DNA of 64,000 bases from Eledone cirrhosa. Taxonomy: Eukaryota. Made by a program: the position numbers and the translations under genes. This document shows, one piece after another, positions 12,060 through 24,697 of this stretch. Positions within the stretch are counted from its first letter, which is position 1. Every line of letters starts with the position of its first letter. The notes beneath the pieces are model-generated. The model was not told where the DNA came from, did not search any database, and saw only the letters and a list, made by a program, of their open reading frames with translations. The stretch spans positions 245,148,001 to 245,212,000 of the forward strand of contig OZ024743.1 in NCBI GenBank assembly GCA_964016885.1, given 5' to 3'.

Positions 12060-15000
12060 GGGTAGAGAGGGCCCTTGAGTCTAGTAAGACATCCTCTCTA
12101 GTGCTGGTGGCACAAATAAAAGCACCCAGTCCATGCTGTAAAGTGGCGTTGGTGTTAGGAAGGGCATCCAACCAGTGTATCAATGCCAAAATGCTTAGCA
12201 GCACAGCAACAAATAGATAGGAACAACAACAAAATATGAAGACGTCGCATCTCAGAGTTGCAACACTTAATCTTGGCACTCTCAGAGGTAGATCTGCTGA
12301 AATAGCGGAGATGCTGGAGAGAAGGCACGTGGATGTGTGCTGCGTGCAAGAGATGAGATGGAGAGGTGCCTCTGCGAGACTAGTCGTAGGCAAACATCTT
12401 AGCTATAACCTTTTCTGGGTAGGTAAGGATGATGGGTTAAGGGGAGTAGGCATTTTCCTGGCTGAGAGATGGATCAATAAGACAATAGAGGTAGTTCAAG
12501 TTAGTAATCGAATAATTAAGCTTAGATTAGTTGTAGGCAGAAAACTACTGACAATCATCTCTGCCTATGATCCCCAAGTAGGCCTAGGCAAAGATGAGAA
12601 AGACTGCTTTTACGAGCAACTTTTACAAACAACCGCAATGACAGATGACGGAGACATCGTTATGCTAGCAGGGGACTTCAATGGTCATGTTGGACAGCTC
12701 CAGGATGGTTACACTGGGGTACATGGTAGGCACGGTTACGGCTCAAAAAATGAAGAAGGAGTGAGACTTCTTGAATTTTGTGATGCAAGTACACTGACTA
12801 TTTGCAACACAAACTTCCAGAAACCTGCCAATCACCTAATAACCTACAAATCTGGCGAGCACATAAGCCAGATTGACTTCTTACTAGTTAGGCAGCGGGA
12901 CAGGCAGATAGTGTCTAATACCAAGGCATACCCTGGGGAAGAATGTACCCCACAGCATAGGTTAGTCGTTAGTGATATCTCAGTAAGCAAGAAATGGAAT
13001 GAGACATACAAGAAGGTGTGGAGAAGAAAGGTCTGGAAGCTAAAAGACCTTTCACTAAAATACAAATTTAGGAAAGCCCTTCAAGATGTGTATGACGAAA
13101 AAGAAGACGATTTAGAGACGTATGACATAGATAATGCAGGCTACTGATGAAACTTGTGGCTGGAGCAGAGCTCCAACCAGACAGAGAGTGACCTGATGGT
13201 GGAACAGCACAGTAGATATGGCCATTAGAGACAAAAGACTAGCATGGAAGGCTTGGAAAAAGGGTGGGAGTAGGGAAGAATATACAGCCGCTAAGAGAGA
13301 AGCTAGACATGTGGTGTACTTAGCATGCAGGGAGGCTGAGAGTAGGAGGTTTGCCAATGTTCTGCGACGGGAAGATCAGATGCGTGCGGTGTTCCATATT
13401 GCAAGGCAGTGTGTCAATGCAAATCAGGATGTTGTTGGAGATAAATGTGTCCGGAATGATGTCGGTGTACTTAGTGTCACAAAAAAAGGAGGCCTGGAAA
13501 TGTCATTATGAGAGACTGATGAATGTGGAGAACGAATGGGAGAGAGAGAAATTACCCTCAGTAGATCCAACAGAGGGACCAGCTATTGAGATTGATGAAT
13601 ATAGGGTCCAAGAGGCGATTAAGGAAATGAAAAATGGTAAGGCTGCTGGACCATCGGGAATAGTTGCTGAGATGCTAAAGGCATCAGGGACGTAGGCACT
13701 AAACTGGTTGCACGCATCATCAATCAGGCTATATATGATGGTGTCATACCCAAAGACTGGTGCAGCAGTATTCTCATAAATTGCTACAAAGGTAAAGGGG
13801 ATGCTCTGGAGAGGAGCAATTATAGGGGTATAAAACTGATGGATCAGGTTATGAAAGTGGCAGAAAGGATATTAGCACAACTAATTAGAGAAAGGGTCAA
13901 ACTAGATGAGATGCAGTTTGGTTTTGTGACTGGGAAGAGTACAACAGATGCCCTCTTCTTGGTGAGACAATTACAAGAGAGGTTCTTAGAGAAGAATAAG
14001 CCACTATACTTAGCCTTTGTTGACCTAGAGAAGGCCTTTGATAAGGTTCCCCGATCTGTCATCTGGTGTTCCCTAAGGAAACTAGGTGTTGAGGAATGGC
14101 TTGTGAGGACAGTGCAAACTTTGTGCAGAGGTGCTGTCAGTAAAGTCAGGGTAGGAATGGAGTTTAGTGAGGAATGGAGTTTAGTCAAGGTTCAGTCCTC
14201 TTGTTCATTATAGTCCTCCAAGCCATAACAGAGGAGTTTAAGACTGGCTGTTCATGGGAACTTCTCTATGCTGATGATCTGGTTCTTATAGCAGAATCAG
14301 TGGAGGAGTTAGAGAATAAATTCTGGCTATGGAAACAGTAGTTGGAAGCAAGAGGACTGAGAGTGAACCTAGCTAAGTAGAAAAGAGGACAAAACCTAAT
14401 GAGTAGAAAAGAGGACAAAACTCTGATTCCATCAGGGAAATGGCCATGTTCGATATGCAGAAAAGGAACTGGCATAAATTCTATAAAATGCACACAATGC
14501 AGATCCTGGGTACACAAGAGATGTAGTGGGATAGCAGGCAAACTAACAGGTAGAGAGAAATATGTATGCAGTAGATGTACAGGGAAATTAGACAGTAGAA
14601 GTCGCATTGATAGACACATTTTTCAAATGCAGGCGGGTTCTATAGAAGTGGTGGATAGCTCCCTGTACCTAGGAGATCAGATTAACATGGGATGGGGGTG
14701 TTCTGAGGCCATAGTATCTAGAATAAGGACGGGTTGGAAGAAGTTTAGGGAGCTGCTTCCTCTGCTGACTAAGAAGGGTTTCTCCCTGCGTACGAAAGGC
14801 CGGTTATATGATGCCTGTGTGAGGAGCGCGATGCTGCATGGTAGTGAGACATGGACAGCAACTGCAGAGGATATGCGACGGCTGGAGAGAAATGAGGCAA
14901 GCATGATCCGTTGGATGTGCAGTGTCAATGTGTGTGAACGACCCAGCATGAATGTGATGAGAGAGAAACTGTGTCTGAGAGGGATAGAATGTAGTGTATG

Positions 15001-15270
15001 GGAGAGGAGACTGAGGTGGTATGGACATGTGATGCACATGGAGGATGACCGATGGGTGAAGAAATGCCAGGAATTGCCAGTTGAAGGAAGACATGGTAGA
15101 GGTAGACCACGAAAAACATGGGCGGAGGTGGTGAGAACACACCTCAGATCGCTGAAGCTCACGGTGGAGATGACAAAGGACTGTGACGAGTGGAGAGATG
15201 CTGAATAAGACCCGTCCCACCCTTGCAAGCAGGGAAGAGCGGACATAAAATGATGATGATGATGATGATA
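12060..15270 (+). mobile_element. Near full-length, inactivated RTE LINE lineage B (5'UTR, APE endonuclease, RT, PHD-like finger, (TGA)n tail)
   Basis: APE motifs ATLNLGTL, VCCVQEMRW, LAGDFNGHVG, SQIDFLL and PQHRLVV (12236-13147). RT is split by stops and frameshifts (YADD at ~14267). Tail AAAATGATGATGATG. Confidence 0.95.
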
Positions 15271-15400
15271 GGTATATGCACAATGAGGTTCTCAGTTTCG
15301 GTCTACTATATATATAATACTTTCACAAAATAAATCAAAAATCAATATTTTGGTATGTATGTGTGTACTATTGGGTTATCATGACTCTACCATGATTCAA

Positions 15401-17229
15401 TCTACTAATATATAATATGCTTGTGTATTTGTCCGTCGCAAGAGATGACTGAGGAAGTAAGGGATGATGACAAACTGATGAAGGAAGAGATGATAATGTT
15501 GACTGAGAAAGGAAGGGATGATAATGTTGACTGAGAAAGGAAGGGATGATAATGTTGACTGAGAAAGGAAGGGATGATAATGTTGACTGAGAAAGGAAGG
15601 GATGATAATGTTGACTGAGAAAGGAAGGGATGATAATGTTGACTGAGAAAGGAAGGGGTGATAATGTTGACTGAGAAAGGAAGGGATGATAATGTTGACT
15701 GAGAAAGGAAGGGATGATAATGTTGACTGAGAAAGGAAAGGATGATAATGTTGACTGAGAAAGGAAGGGATGATAATGTTGACTGAGAAAGGAAGGGGTG
15801 ATAATGTTGACTGAGAAAGGAAGGGGTGATAATGTTGACTGAGAAAGGAAGGGGTGATAACGTCGGCTGAGAAAGGAAGGGGTGATAACGTCGGCTGACA
15901 AAGGAAGGGGTGATAACGTCGGCTGACAAAGGAAGGGATGATAACGTCGGCTGAGAAAGGAAGGGGTGATAACGTCGGCTGAGAAAGGAAGGGGTGATAA
16001 CGTCGGCTGAGAAAGGAAGGGGTGATAACGTCGGCTGAGAAAGGAAGGGGTGATAACGTCGGCTGAGAAAGGAAGGGGAGATAACGTCGGCTGAGAAAGG
16101 AAGGGGTGATAACGTCGGCTGAGAAAGGAAGGGGTGATAACGTCGGCTGAGAAAGGAAGGGGAGATAACGTCGGCTGAGAAAGGAAGGGGTGATAACGTC
16201 GGCTGAGAAAGGAAGGGGTGATAACGTCGGCTGAGAAAGGAAGGGGTGATAACGTCGGCTGAGAAAGGAAGGGGTGATAACGTCGGCTGAGAAAGGAAGG
16301 GATGATAATGTTGACTGAGAAAGGAAGGGATGATAACGTTGACTGAGAAAGGAAGGGATGATAACGTCGGCTGAGAAAGGAAGGGGTGATAACGTCAGCT
16401 GAGAAAGGAAGGGGTGATAACGTCAGCTGAGAAAGGAAGGGATGATAATGTTGACTGAGAAAGGAAGGGATGATAACGTTGACTGAGAAAGGAAGGGGTG
16501 ATAATGTTGACTGAGAAAGGAATGATTGATAACGTTGACTGAGAAAAGAAGGGGTGATAACGCCGGCTGAGAAAGGAAGGGATGATAATGTTGACTGAGA
16601 AAGGAAGGGATGATAATGTTGACTGAGAAAGGAAGGGATGATAACGTTGACTGAGAAAGGAAGGGATGATAACGTTGACTGAGAAAGGAAGGGGTGATAA
16701 GGTTGACTGAGAAAGGAAGGGGTGATAATGTCGGCTGAGAAAGGAAGGGATGATAACGTCAAATTAGAAAGGAAGGAGTGGCAATGTCTAATAAACGCTA
16801 CATCTGTGTGTGTCTATATTTACAGCGGATTGGCTTCACACATTGGCTGTTATGATTATGTGTGTGTTTGTGTGTGTGTTTATTTAGAAAGATACATAGA
16901 CAATAGAATTAGAAACACATACGAATCTACACATACATATATATAGACACACTTAGATGTGTGTGTATGTGATAATTATTTTTCTATGTGATGACTGAGG
17001 AAGGAGGGAGGGATGAGAAACTACAGAAGTTCAGCGTTCTAAGATTTGTCGCAGCTGTGTGTTTGTATGTGTAGCGATTTGGCTACACACATTGACTGTA
17101 TGTTTGTATCACTTGTGTGAGTGAGCACAAAGGAACCAACCAACAAACAAACAAACAAACATCTCTTTTTTTATATTATGTATACATATTACAATTAGCT
17201 ATCATTTTTGACGGCATGGGGCCAGCTAG
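15401..17229 (+). mobile_element. Putative non-autonomous Helitron-like element carrying the 28-bp array
   Basis: Starts A|TCTACTAATATATAATA and ends GGCATGGGGCCAGCTAG|T. The subterminal hairpin is weak. Confidence 0.5.
15480..16760. repeat. 28-bp minisatellite, about 45 copies (GACTGAGAAAGGAAGGGATGATAATGTT)
   Basis: Period 28 (e.g. GACTG at 15501 and 15529). It explains the spurious 464-aa minus-strand ORF. Confidence 0.97.
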
Positions 17230-17301
17230 TCTATATAATAATATTTGTCATCTCTGTCACACAATGATATCACTGTAACATCTCTAAGGAAATGTTTTTA
17301 T

Positions 17302-17698
17302 TAGGGTTGCATCTATTAACCATCAGATATAGGCCACTTTGCCAATTAATTGGTATTTTTTTGTACCAATTAATCAGTTTTGATAATCAGCATTTTTTTT
17401 TTTATCATTGATAGGCCTTTATGTGAGAGCAAGAAAACCATGGGGGACAGAGAAATTTAGAAAACATTGGATTCAATATGTAGAAATACATAACATACAT
17501 TATTTCCTAAGACACACAATCAAATCCCATCTTGTGCTTTCAAATAGTAGCTCAATAATGGTGATTAATTTATAAAATATTATAATACTTACAGTTAATT
17601 ATGATATGCATTTTCATATTACAATACATAATTACATAAGGCAAGGTTGATTTATTGGAAATCAGTAATCAGCCAATTTGCTTATCAGTGTATCTCTA
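17302..17698. mobile_element. hAT-type MITE
   Basis: Degenerate TIRs TAGGGTTGCATCTAT / ATCAGTGTATCTCTA, flanked by a perfect 8-bp TSD GTTTTTAT. Confidence 0.7.
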
Positions 17699-18009
17699 GT
17701 TTTTATTATTTAAATCATCATCATATATTTGCCTCCCTGCTAGCAAGGGTTGTATGGGTAGTCACAGACCAAGTCAGTACTTAATCAGAACTACTGACTT
17801 CTCAACAGACTGCACCAGGTGCTTTTTATCCAGGCACCAGTATTAGATGAATGTTATGTCTTCAACACAGCTGAAGAGTCCTCTTCACCTTTTGTTTGGC
17901 AGGCAATCTATGGCTGGATGCTATTCCTAGCAACAACCACTTGACATACTGTACTGGATGCATTTATCATGTAGATCAAAAACACTAGAGAGGTTGCCGT
18001 GTTGTGACT

Positions 18010-18346
18010 GGAGGCACATGGCTTAGTGGTTAGAGCATTGGCCTTGCAATCGAAAGGTTGTGAGTTCAATTCTCAGACTGGGTGATGTGTTGTTTCCTTG
18101 AGCAAGACACTTTATTTCACATTGCTCCAGTTTACTCAGCTGTAGAAATGAGATGATAGGACTGGGGTCCCTATCATTCGACTGAAAAGTGGTCGTGGAG
18201 GTGCCACGGCAAAAAAGCACCCAGCACTCACTGTAAATGAGGTTGGTGTTAGGAAGGGCATCCAGCTGTAGAAATCAAGCCAGAATCAGTTCCCGTCCCA
18301 CCCTTGCAAGCAGGGAAAAGTGGATGTAAAAAATGATGATGATGAT
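18010..18346 (+). mobile_element. tRNA/CORE-like SINE with RTE 5'UTR-like body and RTE-B 3' tail
   Basis: A box TGGCTTAGTGG, B box GAGTTCAATTC, CORE-like CCTTGAGCAAGACACTT...CAGCTGTAGAAATG, then the RTE module and CCCGTCCCACCCTTGCAAGCAGGGAAAAG...(TGA)n. Confidence 0.92.
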
Positions 18347-18369
18347 TCAAATGACTGGAAGGTTGTCTT

Positions 18370-19870
18370 AAGCTTTTTTGGCATGATTTCTATGGATGAA
18401 AGCTCTCCCTAACATCAACCATTTTACAGAATGTACTGGGGACATTTTATCATGGTACCAGCATGAGAAGTTGCAGGTCATAGACTCGACTGAAGAACCC
18501 TCCCTACCCTTTGAGTTGGGGATAGAAAGAATGCTTTAGGTAAGATGCAATGGGTGGGAAGATAACACATATAATGACATAGGTATTGGACAGGTGTATA
18601 AGGGGGAGGAGCAAGAAAGTATGTCATGGGTGTATGATAAGTTTGCTGGGAATTGACAAGGTGATGAGAGGGAAGGCACAGTAATGATGTGAACAGCTAC
18701 TAATGATTGGTAGCTTTAGGGCTTAAATGAGGTGAAGGTGGTTCTGGAAAGAGTCAGAGTAGGATTGGATGTACAGTGATGAGGAGCACATGAATAGGTC
18801 AGGTCACACTTGATGCTGGTAGGTAGGTTTCCTCCAGTATAACATGTCACTAATTCTTACGGTCCTTTCTCATCTCCAATATGAGGTTCAGCTTCATAAG
18901 GACGGTCTTCACTACTTCAACCTATATCTTCCTAAGACTGCCTCTTCTGTGAGTCCTATCCATTGAGCTTTCTCTACACTTCTCTATACAGCTGTCATCC
19001 TCCATATAAATCACATGTCCTTACCAATGCAGTTTTCTCTATTGTATATTACATCAGATTGCTCTTATATCTAGTTTTACTCAGTTCACTTATCCTGCCA
19101 TGTTCATACACACTAACATTACACATCCATTGGAGAATATTCTGTTTCTTTCTAGTTTTTGAAGGTCTTATGCAGTCAAGGTCCATGTTTCACTGCCATG
19201 TAGCATCATACAACTTGTTCTTCACTTAGAAAGAGATGTCCTTTGTTGTCAGCAGAGATACCAGCTCCTAAAACTTCTTCCAACATGTTATTAACCCTGA
19301 CTATCATACTTTCAGAACATTCTTTCCCACTGCTGATTAGGTCACTTGATTACAAAAGCTGTCAACAAATTCTGGGGAGCCTCCCTGGCAACTGGGATAA
19401 TCTATTTCATGTGTGCTCTAAGTGCTTACTTTTCTTGTGCATCTGCCACATACAAAATCTGTCTTTGTCATCAACCTTCCTGTAATCCCACTACATCTCT
19501 TGTGTGTGTACCCATAGACTACACTGTGTGCATCATGGAATTTCTGACCACCCCTTTTCAACATGTCAAATAAAGCCACTGTCCTGATGGTATCAGTTTC
19601 CTGCCCTCGTTCTTATTAAGTCTTTGCTAAATTTACTTTTAGTCATTTTGATTCTAGATTTTTCTTCCATACATGAAATTTTGCCTGTAACTCTCCCATG
19701 TATTTGGCTATAGGTACAAGATCACTAGCATACAGGAATTCCCATGGAGTGTCAGTTTTTAACTCCTCAGTTATGGCCTGAAGGACAATGATAAACAGAA
19801 GTGGATTGAGGCTCATGCCTCAATGGAACCCCAACTACATAGCAAATTCATCACTGTACTCTTGATTTCA
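18370..19870 (-). mobile_element. Old, heavily decayed RTE copy with lineage A-type 3' architecture
   Basis: Remnants similar to the YADD, PHD-like and C-terminal regions of the other RTE copies at ~18800-19870, then a purine-rich (plus-strand) spacer and module at 18370-18520. Confidence 0.7.
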
Positions 19871-20029
19871 ACATAATTTCAAAATCATAGGCAGTGTCTT
19901 TCATTAGAAATATCGTAACAAAAGAGTTAAAAGAAAATATAACAAAACAAATATGAATTTCTTGTAAACTTTTTAAAGATTAAGTTTAAAAGTTGTTTTG
20001 CTACAGAAATAAATGAAAAATATATTCAC

Positions 20030-20452
20030 CTTAACAATGTCAAAGAGTCCAAGACGAGCAGCCAAAAATATTGGTGGGTGGTCCTGGCTACCAATATTTA
20101 CATCACAGCCATGTTTTATAAGGTTCTCTACCACAGTCTTATCTTTAGATTTTATAGCGGCATATAATGGAGTCATACCTATATTGTCACGCACTTGAAC
20201 ACAAGCAGAGGCCTCTAACAGAAGGAGGCAGACATCTGTTTGGGCAGACTCTGCTGCCACAAACAAAGGAGTCTGTTGAGTACGTTTGTTTGGTTGTTCC
20301 AAACAAACACCGGCATCCAGAAGAAGTTGGCAGACTTCGTGGTGTCCATGCTTGGCAGCATATACCAAAGGTGTGTTGCCATCTTCATCATAATCACATC
20401 GGTAACAATGACGACCACACTGAAGACATACCATTATTTGGGGACGTAGTTC
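20030..20452 (-). CDS. Ankyrin-repeat protein, 423-nt exon (ELRPQIMVC...GLFDIVK)
   Basis: Repeats GNTPLVYAAKHGH, QTPLFVAAESAQ, GMTPLYAAIKSKD and HPPIFLAARLGL. Acceptor TATTTCAG and donor GTGAAT; phase 0/0, in frame with both neighbouring exons. Confidence 0.95.
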
Positions 20453-22814
20453 CTGAAATAGACAATGTTATATATATGTATACATATTCACACACGGGGG
20501 AATATTTCTAGTGGTTATAATATTTATGTGTAGGTGCAACACCAATTATACAATGGGATGGTGATTGTTGCAGAGTATTATAGAAACTATGTTAATACTG
20601 TGGATGCAGCCTGATGACATGTATCACCAGCATACCAGTAATTTGTGCATGTTGGTGGTTGTTTTGCCAAGACAGTTGGTATATGGTTTCAAAAAGCATG
20701 TTTGATTTTGATTTTTTCTTCGGCAGTTTGGGTCTGGTGAATGGGGTTAAATGTAGGTTTATGGTTAGTGTTTGCATGAGTTTGGGGATAGTATTGAATC
20801 AATGTAAAGTTGTTTATGTTCAGGTTAAGCAGCTCCCAACCTGATGTCTAGAGTCCCCTAGGCAAGTCCATGAGCTAAGATAAAAATTCCAAGTACTTTG
20901 TTATAAACAATATACACATTCCTCTCTAAATATAAACATTTTTCTTGTTTGATATAATTCCAACTGCATAAAAATCAAGGAGGGGAGTAGTAGGTACTCT
21001 GTCATAAAAATTTGATTATGAAAATGTTTGGAACCACTAATACAGTGCCTATAATTACTTCCATGCCAAAAATTTGGATACACTGGTGTTCACCATGAAA
21101 CGGTGCGAAATATCTACAGGCATTAAATAAATAAATATATATATTCAAAATAGGGGGTGCACAAAATAAAGACAATGGAAAAAGCAATGGAAAGACGGAC
21201 ACTCCCATTTCCTCAGTTAACCTCTGGAGATCACTATGGTTTCAGTGCATTAAGGTTGATACCGTCCATTCCAGTACACATTGGGACATAACAAAACAGG
21301 CAGAGACAATGACAGGACAATTTATACCTTTAGGAGAATTACACAAATACAGATGAAAAAGTATCCCAAGTGTGTCAACTGACAAAGAAGGGAGAGAATG
21401 GTAAGTGAGGGCTTAGCCAAAGGAGAACAAGAAATATAGAAAGGAGAGAAATAGTAAAACAGAAGAGAATAATATGGACTGCAGTCCAACATGCAAACAA
21501 AGAAAAATGATGCTGAGGTGTAGAAAAAGTAAGAAGGGAGAATAGATGAAGACAGATCAGGTGATGAGATGTCTATTATATGATAGTTTCAAAAAAAGCC
21601 TGCATAGCTAAGTCATTAGAACATACATACACACACACACACATACATACATACTTTTCTCAGAATCTGCAAGTGTGTATTGAGTACTTTACCACATAGC
21701 ATCATTATCGTTTTTACTTTTCAATGGTGACAGACTGGATGGGACTTTATGAGGCAATTGTTTGCAGCTTGATGCCCAACTTCTTATGACATGCAGAGGG
21801 TGTATGTGTGTGTATGTGTGTGTGTGTGTGTGTGCGTGTGTGTGTGCATGTGTGTGCAGGTGTGGTGTATGCATTGCTTCCATCATTGTCTGTGTTTGCA
21901 AGAATTTTGTTGTATAATATAGATGTGTTTGCTATATTTTCCTATTTTGTTTTTTTTATGTACACTCATGTAAATAAAATTTTGTATGTGTAAAGTTGTA
22001 GATCTGGTGTCAAATTAAAATGCAGTTAAAAGTATAGTTTGTAAGTGGTAGTGCTGGGGTCACAATCAAATGTTCCTAATACAGTCTATAAAGAGGAAAT
22101 GCTCGTAACATGATAAGATACATCCAGTACACACTTAAATGGAAGCACTGATGCCATCATAAAATGAAACCAGTAAATTGTAAAGTGGTTGGCATTAAGA
22201 AGTGCATTAAGCTGAAGAAATCTTGCCAAAAATGGAATGTATGAACAAGATGTGTAGCTCACCCCACCTGTCTAGCCTTAAGCTGTAACAACTGAGCCAA
22301 CCCATTCTAAAAACGGTAACATACAAGCAAGACCTGATTCGTCTAGAAATACATTAACCACAAATAACAACTGACTGAGATTGTAATGACCCATCCAACA
22401 CATACCAGGATAGAAAGAAAGCATAAAATTATGATGATGAACAATATAAATATATGCCTGTGCAGGTGTGCCTGCAAACGTTAGTTTGCATGGAAATGTA
22501 TATTTTAATGCTCAGCTTACTCTAAAATCAATCCTTATCTATATAACTATAAACTACTCTCTTTCTCATTTTCCTTATATCTCTTATTTTCTCTTTCTTT
22601 CTTTCTCCCTCTCTCTGATTCTTTTTCTCCTTTTATTTTCTTTCTATCTCTTCTTTCTCTCTCTCAGTATCTCTTTCTTTCATACTCTATCTCATTTTAT
22701 TTCCCCCTCTCAATCTCACATACACACAACTTACAACAATTTTACATCTTTCGTACAATGAGTATTTGAATTGCTGGAGCAGATATTTTATGCTCGAAGA
22801 ACCAGTCACATTAA

Positions 22815-23026
22815 CTCTTTTGCTACTGTACTAGTGAAATCCACTGTATTTCAATCGATTGATGAAGCATTTGGCAGGATTTTCTTAAATTATTAATCAT
22901 TTCATTATTAAGGTGGTATTTGTAACAAAATTATGTTAGGTTTTAATATAAATAGGAACCGTTTAAAATGGGTGGTTTTGTTTCATAGAATCAGAGCTGG
23001 TTTGGGGCAGGCTAATGTCAAAAGAG
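22815..23026. mobile_element. piggyBac-like MITE
   Basis: TTAA|CTCTTTTG ... CAAAAGAG|TTAA. Related copies at ~42150-42360 and 42728-42944, and fragments near 25740-25866 and 34820-35160. Confidence 0.7.
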
Positions 23027-24499
23027 TTAACTGGATGTTCTTTATATGATTGTCCCGTCACATGTAAAACTAGATGTGGTACCTATTTCTAATTAGTTTG
23101 ACTAAAACAACAAGAGTAATTTCAGAGTTGATCTGAGACCATGTTTTGAAACTAAAGCATTTATACTGTAGAAGAATCATTTTAGCCACAGTTATACTTG
23201 TCAATCAAGTGATTTGATCTGAGACCCGTGTTTTGAAACATAAGTAATTATGCTGTGGCAGAGTTGTTTTAGCCATTCAAAAACACACAAAAACTGTCTC
23301 ATTTTGCGTTAGTGAGTCAGTAATAGGTAGGCTCATTTGAGTGGTCTGATAAGATGTTTTGTAGTTCTTAGTTATAACACTTTACATTCTGAGTTCAAAT
23401 GCTACTTTTATCTTCACATGGCCAGTGGTTATGGTGTTGGACTTATAATTACAATGTCCTGTTTTCTTGAGCAAGATGCTTCATTTCATATTGCTTTTCA
23501 TGTTAGGACTGGGGCTTTTATCATTAAAACACCAAAGAAACCTCTTATGAGATACAGTCTCATAGGATGCCAGCTAAACATGCATAGATGTGAGCTGTAC
23601 TTCATTTTTTTCCCACAGGTGTTGATGAAATAAGTACTAGTTGAGTACTAGGGTTGATATAAATATACTGCCCACAAAAAATAAATAGAGTTAACCACCA
23701 TAGATAGCTACTTCTGATCATCTACTGAAAGATCATGCATGGCATAAATAAATAGTAATACCAATTGAATAAAACCACAAAAACCTAGCCATCAAATATG
23801 TGTGGTGTGGGTGGTGCGTGTGGTGTGTGGTGTGTGTGTGAACAAATTGAAACAACATAGAATAGGGAGGATTATTTAGTCTAGCATAGTATTAGGCAAC
23901 TTCTCTAGTGCTGGTACCATAATAAAATGCACCTAGTACACTAATTGACCTGGTTGATGTTAGAAAGGGCAATACCAAAAATGGAACAAACAACGGAAGC
24001 ATAGTTCTTTAGCCTGTCTGGGAGAACAGTAACTCACTTGGATCATAACATCCCATCCAACCCATGCTGACATGGAAAACAGACATTAAATAATGGTGTG
24101 TATTTGTGTATAATAAATTACTTATAGTCATCATTGTTTTACTAATTTGATCAACATGTAAGTGGTGTATAAAAATTGAATACATGTGCTGACAGTTTTT
24201 AAATGTTCTTATAATCATTAAAAAAGAGTAAATAATTATACATTAGAATTAACTCTTAACATCCTGTAATGATTTAGCAGAAAATATCTAAAAACAGGTT
24301 TGTGAATTCAAATGTTTATAGTATCTTTACTAGTAGACAGTTCATTGTAAAATTTCCAAGTAAAGTAAAGAAAAGCTATAATTTTTAATGTGATGCAGTC
24401 ATAGTGCTGATTTTCACTTTTCAAGACTGTCATATTAATGCAGCTTCATGTAGTAAAGGATGTTAAGTATTGATATAAAACTCTACTAATATAATTTTC

Positions 24500-24697
24500 T
24501 AATAGTTGTTTCTACTTTTTGGCACAAGGCCAGCAATTACCCCCAGTGCATTACCGGTGATTTATTTTATCGACCCAGTAAGGATGTGAAAGGCAAAGTT
24601 AACCTCAGCAGGATTTGAAATCAGAACGTAAAGGGCCACAACTCCATGCTGCAAAGCATGGTGTCTGATACTCTACTGATACTACCAATCCACCTAA
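24500..24697 (-). mobile_element. tRNA-derived SINE, family with core GCCTTTCATCC...GGGTCGATAAAATAA
   Basis: Matches the copies at 54407-54590 and 60945-61130. The core resembles the Meta-SINE domain from memory; this was not verified. Confidence 0.8.

Noticed and set aside
15480-16760. CRISPR-like regular repeats
   Set aside because: The units are contiguous with no unique spacers, the context is eukaryotic, and no cas genes are present.
15368-16762. 464-aa minus-strand ORF
   Set aside because: It is a translation of the 28-bp minisatellite, whose minus strand lacks stop codons; there is no splice or domain evidence.
18010-18085. tRNA gene-like sequence with A/B boxes (also at 46547 and 60945)
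   Set aside because: These are SINE heads that continue into SINE bodies and lack a proper acceptor stem.
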